From Felis catus (Eukaryota), in contig NC_058368.1 of NCBI RefSeq assembly GCF_018350175.1, forward strand, positions 34,474,001 to 34,538,000: DNA of 64,000 nucleotides, written 5' to 3'. Shown one piece after another: positions 1 to 12,977 of this stretch. A model generated the notes under the pieces. It saw nothing but the letters and a program-made list of their open reading frames with translations, was not told where the DNA came from and did not search any database. The translations under genes and the position numbers were made by a program. How positions within the stretch are numbered: position 1 is the first letter of the stretch; each line of letters opens with the position of its first letter.

Positions 1-504
1 TAGAAGTATAATTTAGGAATGAATATCATTTTGAAAAAAATAACAAAATAACAAGTAAGTCTCATTTACTTTTTCTTGTTAAAGTAAAATTACTTCTTAG
101 GATAGCGCTTTAAGTATGGTCTAAAGTGTGCTTTGTGTGAATGAATACATAGAAGTTGTTAGAAGCTAGTTTTCCTTTTCGATAGTGCTTACTTCTAGAC
201 AGTTAGAGCTTAGATGATTTTAAACATTCTTTTTTTCTAGTTCTCTTCATCACTGAACAGTGTAGGAATTAAATTTTCTTTAAACAAGTAAGCAATAATT
301 CCTTTAAAATGAAATTACCATTGTAGTAAATAATCTTTTACAAGATAGCTACCTACTTTCTCTCAAGAGCCCACCAGCATTTTAAGGTTTTGCTTAAAGC
401 TCCTGGGTGATTTGGTAGGAGCCTTTAATAAGAATTAAAGCCTTTTGTATCTAGTTGTTCGATCTAGTCGTACTTACGCTCTGCCTTGTAAAAAAAAAAT
501 ATTA

Positions 505-704
505 CTAAATGTTTTTGTTCATTTTTGACAGAGAGAGAGCGTTAGCAGGTGAGGAGCAGAGAGAGAGGGGGACAGAGGATCTGAAGTGGGCTTGCACTGA
601 CAGCGGAGATCCAATGTGGGGCTCAAACTCACAAACAAGTTGAACGGCTCATGAGCTGAGCCGAAGTCATTGGACACTCACCCGCTGAGCCACCCAGGTG
701 CCCC
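505..704 (-). mobile_element. Can-SINE (tRNA-derived carnivore SINE), diverged older copy
   Basis: Plus strand ends ...ctgagccacccaggtgcccc (reverse complement of the SINE head ggggcacctgggtggctcag); (GA)n tract and T-rich tail on the left. Confidence 0.9.
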
Positions 705-1235
705 CCTCAAAATTAAAATATTGTTAAGCAATTTAAAATCTACTGATGTCTCTAATTGTTATGAATTTTTTCCCATATGGTAACATGAAATGACCGAGAA
801 TAATAAAATATGACAGTGCTACCTGCAGAAATATATAAAATAAACAAAACTAGTCGTGATTTATGTTCTTCATAGTAAAAAGGTAAAGAATTTCCACATC
901 CATAAGGTAAAGCAAGTGTTAAGGAAATAAATTATATTAGTGGGTTAAAAAATTATTAGAGAATTTGCTATAATACATACTGTAGTAAAGAAAAAAAAGT
1001 TCTCCCTATCTGGAAAATATTTTTTCTTTCTTTATATTTTCTATTATTTTTAAATTTTCATTTTTTTGTTTCTCTAAACAAGTCTTGACCTTAGCAATGC
1101 TGGAATTCTGAAAAACATATTTTTGTATACTTAGTGTACGAAACTCTACATACTAATTTTTCAAATTTTTTATGCTGATTTTTTAAAATTTACATCACTT
1201 GGAGCTCACCATTAAACCATTACTGTCTAATTTTA

Positions 1236-1457
1236 TTTATTTTTTACTTTTTTTTAAGTTTATTTATTTGTGACAGAGACAGAGTGCGAGCATGAGCTGG
1301 GGAGGGGCAGAGAGAGAAGGAGACACAGAATCTGAAGCAGGCTCCAGGCTCCAAGCTTTCAGCACAGAGCCTGATGTGGGGCTCGAACTTACGAACCATG
1401 AGATCACGACCTGGGCCGAAGTCGGACGCTTAACCGACTGAGCCACCCGGGCGCCTT
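1236..1457 (-). mobile_element. Can-SINE (SINEC_Fc-type)
   Basis: Full head/body/tail; TSD ctgtctaatttta at 1223-1235 and 1458-1470. Confidence 0.96.
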
Positions 1458-3580
1458 CTGTCTAATTTTAAAACATAAATTACCTCACTTTACTCACTCT
1501 GAAAATTTTCTTTGGACACAGCTGGGTATTAAGAAATACATTAATAATTAATAGAGAATGTAACAAAAACCAACTCACCATAATCCTCCATAAATTGGTT
1601 CCCAGAATCTTTTTGTCCCGCAGTATGCTCTGTTGTCTGTTTCTCCTCTTCCATTCACGTCATCCCTATAGATTAATAACATTTTAGAAATTCACTTAAT
1701 GCCATTAAATGAGATTTTGAGAGACAGAAGAAATACATGTGCACGTTAATATAACCTTTGCGTACCTAAGGACCATTTAAACATTTTAAAGCTGTAATTC
1801 ATATAATCCAACCTCAGAGTGGTGTTTTGTCAAAACATAATTCAACAATATGAGAAATGTTAAAATTCCCTTGCACTATTTTAACAGCATAGAGTGTGGA
1901 GGGGACATATGGTTCAGAGTAAAACTGCCTAATGCACTTCACAGCCACACCTTTTTCTTTCATATCTCTTTCTTAAAAACTTGTTTCCCAATACATTTCA
2001 CCTAATTGTAGCCCCAAAGGCTTTATTTATTCTATGTTTTCCCATTTCCTCCCCTACCTACTCTACTGTTGCTGATTTCCACAATGTAACAGCAGTCTGG
2101 AGAGATCTGTTATGGTAAATGGTGGAGAGGCAGGGGGGCCGACAGAACAGGTGAAGGAAAGAGCCTTAGCAGTCAGTGACATAAAACGTCCAGAAACTCT
2201 CAAAAGAAATGTTTGCTCCCTCACACTTATTACTTTTCCAGCATTATTCTACTTAATGAAATACTTAGCGTATTTTAATTTAAAACTCAGACAGAAACTA
2301 ACAGTAAAATCCCTGACTTCTTTCCGAACAAAACGATGTTAATTACAGGCTCTTAAAGGTATTAAGAAGATATGAACAATCATGGAACTTCTTTTATTCT
2401 CTTCCTAAATATAGAGCTAAAAAAATGAAAACTAGGAATATCATTTCATAATGTTTTTAGTTTATAAACACTGCTCTTACAGTGCAACATGCAATTAAAG
2501 TTTTTCTTTTTCTTGTAACTGGCCCATATGCAGTAACACGTGTGCTACTGTATTATAATGGTCTTGTCTTCTCTTCCTGGAAATATATAATCCATTCATT
2601 TCTGTGAGATTCACAAAAATGCATCACCACCATTATGAAGACCACAAAGTTTATGTAGTTTTCATTTTATTCTTTATGGGTACGTCTACCTTCTAGGTAA
2701 AAAGTACCTAAGGTCATTAATATTATTTAGAAATTAATCCTGGCTTTGAGGAAAAGGACTTGGAAGAAACATGGCAATGAAAACATGTCTTCACTCAAAT
2801 GCTCTGAAGTTTAGTGCTTGGCTATCCTAACAGTGGGGAAATAGAATAAAAATCAGAAACACTAGAAATCCAGGCAGACTCTGCAGGTCTGGTAATCAAG
2901 AAATTAAAGCAGTATACAAATGCTCAACCAGTCAGAGTAAAGCTGGTCAGGCTGCCTTCGTAGGAAGGCAGTGTTTTGGTTGAATAGCAGACCTGACCAA
3001 GAATCAGTCAGGAGACAGGAAGCATATTGAGTAAAGAAGCTCCAACTTGGTACTCACGGGCACCAGGGAGTAAATCCTTCCTCGAGCCACCCTCGCTACA
3101 AAATCATTATGTCCGGGTTTCTGATCTCACTGTGACAGCTTTTACTTTGCTACATCAGCTTGGCTCAAGAATTGAGTTAAAGTGTGACATTTTTGGAAGA
3201 TCTTTAGGAACAGGAGAAGCAGGAAGCACGGAAGTGGGTACTGCCCTAGTGTTTCAGGGGCTCTGCAAACATGTGGGTGTACAGGACAAGCTTTCCATTG
3301 CAAACTTTATTGTAATGTATAAAATAGTTCTTCCCAGAAACAAAGGAAGATTCAAAAGCAAGCATGAAGTGATTCAATTGTAATTAAAACCAAAAAGAAA
3401 AAGAACATATCATTTTCTCCATGTTCTAGAACTACAATAAGGTTTTGTTTTCTTTAGTTTTATTAAATCATTAACTTCCAGTTTTAAAGTGAAAAATAAT
3501 CTCTCAGCCATCCAAGTCATACTCAGAAATAGTGGTGCATTCCTTGGATAACCTCACTTTAAAAAGGCCACCATTAATCA

Positions 3581-3820
3581 GGGCAGCTAGGTGGCTCAGT
3601 TGGTTGAGCCTTCAACTTTGGCTCAGGTCATGATCTCTCAGTCCAGTCCATGGGTTTGAGCCCGGCATCGGGCTCTGTGCTCACAGCTCAGAGCCTGGAG
3701 CCTGCTTCAGATTCTGTGTCTCCCTCTCTCTCTGCCTCTCCCCCCACTTGTGCTTTGTCTCTCTGTCTCTTTCTCTCTCTTTCTCTCAAAAACAAATAAA
3801 CATTTAAAAAAAACTGTATT
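3581..3820 (+). mobile_element. Can-SINE
   Basis: Head gggcagctaggtggctcagt, (CT)n tract, aataaa/A tail; imperfect TSD aaaaaggcca(cc/tg)attaatca at 3561-3580 and 3822-3841. Confidence 0.95.
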
Positions 3821-4035
3821 AAAAAAGGCCATGATTAATCAACTTGCAGTTCTAAGAAACTTCAATTTTCTATCCATTTTTTGTTGTTATTTTGTTCACT
3901 AAGAATCTCTGTTTGTAATTCAATAATATTCCCTTGTGGATATCAATGTCAATAGCATGTATATGTACTCCACATGTATACCAAGTTATATTTTGAAAAT
4001 AATAAGAAAATTTCCATAAAGATTGAGAGTGTTTC

Positions 4036-4037
<2 letters not shown>

Positions 4038-4067
<30 letters not shown>

Positions 4068-4262
4068 TTTAATGTTTATTTGAGGGAGAGGCAGAAGGTG
4101 AGTGGGGGAGGGGCAGAGAGAGAAGGAGAAAGAATTCTGAAGCAGGCTCCAGGCTCCAAGCTGTCAGCACAGAGCCTGATGCAGGGCTTGAACTCATGAA
4201 CTGTGAGATCATGACCTGAGGTAAAGTTGGACATTTAACCAACTGAGCCACCCAGGTGCCCC
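4038..4262 (-). mobile_element. Can-SINE
   Basis: T-rich tail, body, ...gagccacccaggtgcccc; imperfect TSD gag(a/g)gtgtttctt. Confidence 0.95.
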
Positions 4263-6377
4263 AAGAGGGTGTTTCTTCTTAATTCTGCTTCAAAGGCTTT
4301 TGCCTCTCAATTAGTCAACGTCTGGATTAGTTGTCCATAATGAAATTCAATTGGGATATGAAATGATTAAAGTGTATTTTTCCACCAACTAGAAGTCCAT
4401 TACTCATGTCTATGTTGTTTTATATTTTCAGAAAAAAAATTTGTTGGTAGTAAAAAATCATATTGAATAAAACTCTAGCAACAGAGTATAGTATCTTAAA
4501 AGAGCCAAATATCTTGAAGACATAGGAACACATACTTTTATCATTTTCAATGGTCCCTTTTCTTACTCTTACTAAACTTTAATTATAATAGAGTCAGGTA
4601 TTCCTCAAGGCTCACCAATGTCATTTGGATGAAAAATTCATTAAAGACCGTTCTAAAATGTCACTTGCTTTCAAACTTTAATCCGTATACTGTGGAGTTA
4701 ACAGAGATAAGCAATTTCAAAATACCTATTGCAGTACTTATTGCAAATACAATTTTATTCCTAATTTTTGCCATATTCTCAATTCTCAGTACCTGAAATT
4801 CATAGTTCTGCTTCAAATAATATATCGCATTTTTTCAATTGTATTTTAATTAAAAAGTCTTTATAAACTTAACGGATATTCAGGCAAACGATTATTAACG
4901 CATCCCCAAATATGTTAGATCGCAAATAGCCCACTGAAAAATCCTCTGCTACATTATAACATGTGGAGTGATAGAAGGTATACAAGGAGGAGTCAGAAGT
5001 AATGTGTATGAGCAGAGGCAAACTGAAATTTATTCAGTGCAGAGCAAATCGAATTTTTGAAATACAATTTATGAAACGTGATTTTAAAAACCAATTCTAT
5101 TAATTCCCAAACACTTAGCTTTACGTTCCTACTTTGGAAAGCACTAACGACATCTCAGTGTACCAAGAGGAAACGATCCCTTTAATTCTATAGGTATATT
5201 ATTCGATATGCTATTCCCTGCTTCTTAGAAATTTTAGCCTCTGGTGCCTGTGTGAGGCCTTTTTCCCCCATTTACTTCTTAACATAATCTTTCTCTTATA
5301 TAACACCTTTCATTTGCATCCTGCATCATATGTAAGTATCATTTCCAACTACTCCATTAACCTTGATCCCTTCTAATCTGTCACCAGGCATACTTCCAGG
5401 GAGTTCTTTCATGGCACACTTCTTAAATGTCTAATGTGACACTTAATCACATTTTACAGGCCAAACAAAATCTCGACTTTGTATCTACTTGATTATTTTC
5501 ATCAGGGTAGCCAGTGCACCTGCGTAATTCAAGTTTATGGACATATATTTAATGCAAATTAACTTGTTTAGTTATCTATACATGTCAGCCACAGCATTAT
5601 CAAATTATAATATTTTGTGATGTTATATTAAGCTTTAAATTTTCAAATGATCATATTTTAAAACAAAAAAATATTCTTGAGGTATAAACCCGATGAAATG
5701 TTATTTTCTTTGTTTAACAAACTGTCTGCGTATCTACTTTTTCCAGAAAAAGATTGACTGTGTCAGAGTTTTCTTACTTCTTTTTCAGTGCTGATGAATG
5801 TAATCACAGTATTTTTTTTTCAGTAATTGACGTTAATTTCACCTCAAATTTAGAACAGTTATTTTATTCATTTACCTATGAAAATACTTTGCTCTAATGG
5901 CAGCTTTTGATTTTTTATATGAAAATTTAACCACTTTCTGAATTAACTCGGTGCCCATTACTGAATTCTATGGTACAATCTCCAACCAGTCCTTCATGGA
6001 TTTTCTCTTTCAGTTTTGCAACAGTGTTTGTATATTATTTCAAATAAAGCAAAAGCACAAGTAAAAGCCAAAGTCTGAAGAGAAATTTCAGTTGTACTGT
6101 TACTGTGTTCTTCACAAAACAATATCCATCACATTGAGGCATTTTGTCATCAAATGCTAACAAAAAGGACTGAACCCAAAATCAAAGGCTCCAAATACAA
6201 CTATGCTAATAGCCATACATATTCAGCTTTGCAATTCAGATAAATCTAGGTATACATCTGCCTAAAACCGAAGAAAATGAATGTTTGGACATTATTTCTG
6301 TGTTCTGTGCTTTCCATGCATGATGTGATTTAGATTCCTTCCAAGCCATTTACACAAACATACTTCTGTGTACTGTT

Positions 6378-6593
6378 ATTTTATTTTATTTTTTAAATTT
6401 ATTTATTTATGAGAGATAGAAACAGCATGAGTGGTGGGAGGGGCAGAGAGAGAGGGAGACACAGAATCCAAGGCAGGCTCCAGGCTCTGTGCTGATAGCA
6501 CAGAGCCTGACGCAGGGCTGGAACTCATGAACTATGAGATCATGACCTGAGCTGAAGTCAGATGCTTAACCGACTGAGCCACCCAGGCACCCC
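6378..6593 (-). mobile_element. Can-SINE, first of a tandem pair (no evident TSD)
   Basis: Complete SINE body ending ...gagccacccaggcacccc; left and right flanks do not match. Confidence 0.95.
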
Positions 6594-6610
6594 CAAAAAT
6601 TGACATTCTT

Positions 6611-6824
6611 TTTTAAAATTTTTTTAACATTTATTTATTTTTGAGACAGAGAGAGAGCATGAACAGGGGAGGGTCAGAGAGAGAGGGAGACACAGAATCT
6701 GAAACAGGCTCCAGGCTCTGAGCTGTCAGCACAGAGCCCGATGCGGGGCTCGAACCCATGGACTGCGAGATCATGCCCTGAGCCGAAGTCGGATGCTTAA
6801 CCGACTGAGCCACCCAGGCGCCCC
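6611..6824 (-). mobile_element. Can-SINE (SINEC_Fc-type), second of the tandem pair
   Basis: Complete SINE; TSD caaaaattgacattctt at 6594-6610 and 6825-6841. Confidence 0.96.
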
Positions 6825-8464
6825 CAAAAATTGACATTCTTAAGATGTTTACTAAGTCAAAGTTATTTTCTGAAGTAAATTTGAATTTTTACTTTTATTA
6901 CATAGAAAAAAGTGACACGAAACAGTTTAATACAATTTATCTTTAGAAATAGTTGAACCATGAATATGAAAGTTTTGCTGTTGAATAAATATAATTGGAA
7001 CATTTCTTCCCCCCCCCCCCAATTTTTTGTTTAGTTTTGGAACTGTTATATGGAAAATTTGAATTTAGAATAGCTCAAAAGAGCTACTGATACAATGGTC
7101 TTTTGAATTTTGGAGGGAGAATAACTGTTTCTTAATTACGAACCTCATCAATATTAGAATGACTCAGATTTCCTAGTTTGTTAACTACCCGTAAGATAGG
7201 ACTGGAGGGTGCTACTTAATTTGATATAGTTGAATCACAAGAACAATCATTTAGTGAAGGAGATTCGGTGACCCAAAATAGGAGATACTGCTTCTTCAAA
7301 GTCCTTATATAACATCAACATGTAGTTAGGTCTTGGAAAAATATAACTTGATATGTTATTTTATTTCTATTTAGCATAGTTTATTTGTATAGGAAAGTTT
7401 TACTTCAGCAAAGCATTTCGTATCCTATCTTTCAAAGCAAACACAATTTTGCTGGGTATAAATCACACTATGGTGTCAATAAAACCCATGAGCATGAAGT
7501 ACATAATGACCTTGGACTTTCTAAAGTTTTTCCTTTTCAAAGTGCTATCTCACTCACTCTAAACAGAAGAGCATTTTATTTCATTTTTTTGGTCTGTGAA
7601 ATGATCAGATGATCTATTTAAAACAACAAATTGTAATAATTCTTTGGAATAACTAAGTTTAACTATTATAATATTATGCATGAGCAATGCAATTTTCTTC
7701 ATGTAGCCTCATAAAGAATTATACATTGTCATTATACTTAGTAATTATGTTGGAAAAATATAATTACACATTATAATACACTTTCAGTATTACAAGTAAT
7801 TAAAGTAAAAAAACAATTATTCTATGAATAATTCATTTTTTCTTTTAAAAAATCTTTTTTTTTCTTTCTTTCTTCTTTTTTTTTTTAGAAAGGAAGCTGA
7901 TATCAAAGAATTGTTAGGGACTTTAAAATGAACAAGGAACCAAACAGAGACTCTATTAAAATGCTATATTTTAGTAGCTTTGCAGAAGATATTCAGAATA
8001 TCATATAAATAAGTCATATAACTTAAGAATGCTATGCTTAACTGATATGGAAGTCTAACTTCTACACCAATACATGGAATCTGAGAATGTCCTTGGCAGA
8101 GAAGAGGACATATAGAAAAATGCACATAAATTACATTAGCCCTATGAGACCTACATATAATCAGGCTTTTCACTGCCACAAAAAAGATACATTCATCTTC
8201 CATATTCTCTTACTTTCACAATCTACTCTTACTCAAGCTGAATGATTTAACTATAAAGAATATCTAGACATTCCACTTTTCCATTTAATTTCTATATATG
8301 TACTTTTGTGACTCAATTACATATATTATGACTGTTTCAGATGATTAGAAACACTGAGTAATATATTGGAATATATTCCAACTCCTTTTTGGTTAAACTG
8401 TCTTAAGCTGTACAGAATATGACTAGAAATTTTAGGGATTTGAAGCCTGTTTTGATTATAATGT

Positions 8465-8692
8465 CTAACATATGTTGACCGTATCTTATGTCCAAGACAA
8501 TGCTTTTTACATGTATTAGATCACTTTTATTCTTACAAAAATCCTAAGAGGTAGTCATGATTAGAAAACACATTTTTCAGATAAGAAAACCTGGCCTTAG
8601 AGAGATAAAGTTACTTGCTCAAATAACTTGCAAATGATGAGAGAGTTTGAATAGACTGTCCAGTCCAAGAGGATGGTATTTTAACCACTATG
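8465..8692 (-). mobile_element. MIR SINE remnant
   Basis: MIR core-like catttttcagataagaaaacctggccttagagagataaagttacttgctc and terminal ttttaaccactatg. Confidence 0.75.
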
Positions 8693-8844
8693 TTACAGTA
8701 TGACCTCAGATTTTATCTAGAATTCCTAGAATTGTTTGAGAAATACCCAAATTAGTTAATCATGGCTATCAGAGAAGATCAGATTGTGCTACACTGTTTA
8801 AACTATATCATTAATATGAGGATATACATCTAGGGCAATTATAT

Positions 8845-8896
8845 CTAGATGATTGATAGATAGAAAATAGATAGATGATATAGATAGATGATAGAT
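8845..8896. repeat. Degenerate (GATA)n microsatellite
   Basis: tagatgattgatagatagaaaatagatagatgatatagatagatgatagat. Confidence 0.8.
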
Positions 8897-9123
8897 TTCC
8901 CAACAAATATTTCTTAAATACCACGTATATCCAATTGTAAATACTTTCATAGAAAGAGATATTATATTTAGAAGTACTTTGACTGCATGAACTTTCTATG
9001 ATGCATACTCATGACTCTCTTTCGATTCCATTGACTTCAAATATTATATCTGATTAACTTTGAGGCTTCAGTTCAGTAGCCTTCCAATGATCTCACTGTG
9101 GATCAACAATCTTTACTTCTTTC

Positions 9124-9366
9124 ATAATACAGTAGAAAAGGCAGGGCTTGAAGTTAGGCAGACCTCAGTTCTAGTCTTTATTTTGCCATTGCTAACTCTG
9201 CAAAGTTAAAGAGTTGCTTAAAGTTCTCCTGTATGTAAATGTAAGGCCATCTCCCCAAGGTTTAATTTATTCATTTCTAAATTGTTGATAATACCAACAT
9301 CACAATGAACCATGTATATATAATCTATATAGTGATATACTGAGCACTCAGTAGATAGCAGCTTAT
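9124..9366 (+). mobile_element. MIR SINE remnant
   Basis: gggcttgaagttaggcagacctcagttctagtc...tcatttctaaattgttgataatacc...gagcactcagtagatagcagcttat resembles the MIR consensus. Confidence 0.7.
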
Positions 9367-10596
9367 AAACAAAATAAGCAAATTATCAGTTGATGCCAGA
9401 AAAAAAAAGCATCAGATACATCTTCAGATATGTGTTTAAATAGGCATAGTGGTGGTATACGAAAGTACAGTATTCAACTTTCCAAACAACACAAATATTT
9501 AGTTGAATTATATAGAACATTGTTTAGGATTGGGTTCTTGGAATGATTAAATAATATTTTTAAAATATGAAGATGATCTGGATACTGCATGTAAATGTCT
9601 CCCTCACCCTCCCGTTAGAGAAAGACATATGTAGATTTGGTACAGGTTACTAAAAAATCATCTTCAATTATGAAATATACTTAATTACTCTTGTGTAATT
9701 CTATTGAAAAGAAAATTCATCTTGAAATAGAAGAAAAGAGACCTATGTCAGGGGAGAAAATTGAAAATCATGAAACAAAGAGAATGAGGAAGAGAAAAAA
9801 AAATTACTTGAAAAGAATGTGTACACACAAAATAGAATTTAATTTCTGCTACTAGAGAAAAACAGTTTTCCATTCATCTCAATTGGCTACCATTCCAGAT
9901 ATTTATACTTAGCCATCTATCTTCTTTAGCTTTAGTGGAGAATCTTCATGGTGTGATTAAATTACATTTAGTCTCTGTTTGTATTCATCCTGTAACAAGC
10001 CCCAGATTGATACTTGTCTACTGTCAACATCCCTGCATCTAATGGACAGTGGCAATAAAAGTTTCCACATAAATTGTGCAATTAACATTTTTTTTTTTTT
10101 TTTTAGTCTGTGCAAATGGAAAAGCCTGGCTTTAAAATATAAATTAACAACATCTGTTTTGTAGTACGGGCGGTTGTATTCCAGTGAAGTTCAACAAAGT
10201 TTACCACCAAATTTTAGCATGACCAGTCCTGGGAAATATTGCACTCAGTTCAGTTAGAATATTTGTTTAACCGACCATTTTTGACAGCGAGTCAGTCATG
10301 GGAATCAGTGCTCCAACACTGAAGCAAAATGATGTACTATCTAAAGACGTTTCCCATCGCAGTTCGGTACCAAGTTGAGTGCCTCCCCGCACCCCACCTC
10401 CAAAAAAGCAATTACATGGAAAAACATTAATGTGATTTCCACTTCTGGCCATAATGAAATTACTGGGATGTATTTAGTCCTCACCATAAACAATAAGTAG
10501 ACAAGATATAAGGAAAGATGTTTTCAAATATTCAACAACAGGTAGTACAGGGCAGAGATCCCTGAGGAAAGGAAACGAATGAGTTCATTGAGTTTC

Positions 10597-11261
10597 TGTA
10601 GTCTCCAAAGCTCAGGAAGAGGGAAACTGATCACAGTTTAGCAGTCTCCCCAAGTTTAAGGGGTCTCTCTCCAGGTCCTGCCTGTTGTTTAGCATTGCTA
10701 TTCTTGTTACTTGGAAGTGCTGGGGGTCTTTTTAATTACCAATTGCAGGTTACAGTCATCATGAAACCCAGTGAGTTTGGCCAACAAAGGTATGGTCTTA
10801 CCAGCAACCTGTTCCCTCCACCGTGGGGCCAAACTCGGCCCAAACTCTCCTCCCCCCCTTTACACACAGCTGCAGTTTACTTGTTTGTTCTACTGTGCTA
10901 TCCTTGAACAAGAAGATCTTTTATCTCTTCCCCAGGGTGGAGGCCCTTTGCCCCCACCTCTTCCTCCTCCTCCTCCAGAAGCAGTGGAATTTTGCCTGCG
11001 CTGCCTGCCTTCAGATGGGAAGAATTCCTGCCAGGACCCCAGCACTTGCAGGGTCTTGCTACTTAGGACGAAAGGTCTGGGGAAATGCATTTTATGCCCT
11101 GACCCAATAGCAGCTGACCATTTCTAAAAGCCCTCACTGTGGTATAGCTCTCTCTGTAGCCTAGCTCCCACTCTGTCTGGTGAACCCCTAGCTCTTGGAT
11201 AAAAGCTTGCAAGTGAGTGCAACAGCCTCTTGTATCTGAGGTTCCCAGTTTATCTGTCACA
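10597..11261 (+). mobile_element. Possible ancient solo LTR (family not assigned)
   Basis: GC-richer island bounded by tg...tgtcaca, with a polyA-signal-like gataaaa about 60 bp before the end; architecture only, no confident consensus match. Confidence 0.3.
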
Positions 11262-12092
11262 TGAGTCCCCAGTCATTAGAAAACTGTCAAAATTATAGCT
11301 GACTTCTCCTTACCCTCTTTTAATGGAAATCACCACTTTCACCCATACTCTGACAAAGGCAAAATGTTTCCCATCTCTTTCTGAAGGGTTTGTCACTCTT
11401 GAAAATGTATTGCACTCAGTTATCTTGCAACCAACCTCAGCTCTCAGTTGGGCCTGAGAAAAGATATGATGTTGTGAACTTCCTGAATTGTTTGTCTGTT
11501 TGTTTATAGAGTGGAGACAATGTTTTCTCATACTTCTCTATATTTCACTCAGAAGTGGGTCTTCTGTCAGTATTTTGATTACTTTTTTTTCTAAAGGTTG
11601 CTTCCCTTGACATTATCTGTTTCCTTCATTTTAAATTCTTTTCCTTTTCTTTTTGTTTGCTTCGGTATATGTTTTCTCTATAGGGTCTCCCCCCTCCCCA
11701 ATCTCTTGGAATCTGCATGGTCATGTTAGGGCACATTCACTGGTGGGTCCACAGTAAAATGCTTCATTGAGGGACACCCATTCTCCCCACCTCCCCAGCA
11801 CTAATGTCTAAATCAGTTACCATAAACAGAAATATCTCTTTTCCACAGGTTATACATTTGTGACCAGAAGTGTTCTGCAAGTCAAGGAGTTAAAGAAGTG
11901 GAGTGTCCTTGTTTAATCACTTTGGTCTTATGTATTCCCTGATCTAGAGCCTTTTCACATCACTCTCAATCTTCTTAAGATGATCAGTGCTTCATTTACC
12001 TTCCCAGGATAAACCCAGTATTTCAGGTATAAAGGTGAGAGGGTGGATGATCCAGGTTCGCTAGAAAGATAGTTAAAATAGTTTTCTGTCTT

Positions 12093-12311
12093 GGGGCACG
12101 TGGGTGGCTCCGTCGGTTAAGTATTCGACTTCAGCTCAGGTCATGATCTCACGGTTCGTGAGTTCGATTCCCACATTGGGCTCTGTGCTAACAGCTTAGA
12201 GCCTGGAGTCTGCTTCAGATTCTGTGTCTCCTTTTCTCTCTTCCCCTTCCCTGCTGGCACTCTGTCTCTTTCTATCTTTCAAAAATAAGTAAATGTTAAA
12301 AAAGAATTTTA
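12093..12311 (+). mobile_element. Can-SINE
   Basis: Head ggggcacgtgggtggctc; TSD aaaatagttttctgtctt at 12075-12092 and 12312-12329. Confidence 0.96.
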
Positions 12312-12977
12312 AAAATAGTTTTCTGTCTTGAGTTCTACTTTTCAATTCCACCTTCAGGAGGACATGTCTCAAATTCATCAGTTGATTGGGTAACAGGGTA
12401 AAGGTTACAACACCTGTAACTTTCTATAGCTTTCTGTTGCTTTTTATTTTTTCCCCTCAAACATAACTTCTTATATAGCTAGTTTACTTTTCATGATTTT
12501 GTTGGTATCTCTTATCCACTCTTGTCTGCCTTCCTATTCCATTTGTCTTTCCAGGTTTATACTTTTCTATTCCTTTTCTGCTATTTTACTTCATATTATG
12601 GGAGGTGTGACACAAAGTACACACATGTGTGTATAAAGCTACCAAATTTAGCCAGACATAACTTGTTGCAATTATCGATTGTCTACATTCAGACTATTAT
12701 TTGGTGATCTTTAATATTCTCCTTTACTGTATCCAAATAAGCATCATTTAGTCTCCAATCCATATTTCAACGTATTCATGATGAATTAGTTGGCTTATAA
12801 GCATTCTTTGGCTCTTAATTAAAGCAATAGTCCAAATCAGCCAGTTAACAATGTTTGTGGGCACCACCATGACAGTCCTGAACATCCGTGTCAGTTTCCT
12901 ATGTGTCAGACACTTTCCTACCCTCTTTCCTATCCATTTATAGATATTTTTCACTTAAAACTAGAACACTCATTAGC

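Noticed and set aside
3027..3383. 118-aa ORF
   Set aside because: TTG start, no recognisable homology or splice context; ORFs of this length occur by chance in 64 kb.
10771..11127. 118-aa ORF with a poly-proline run
   Set aside because: GTG start, prolines come from a cct microsatellite, no recognisable domain or exon boundaries.
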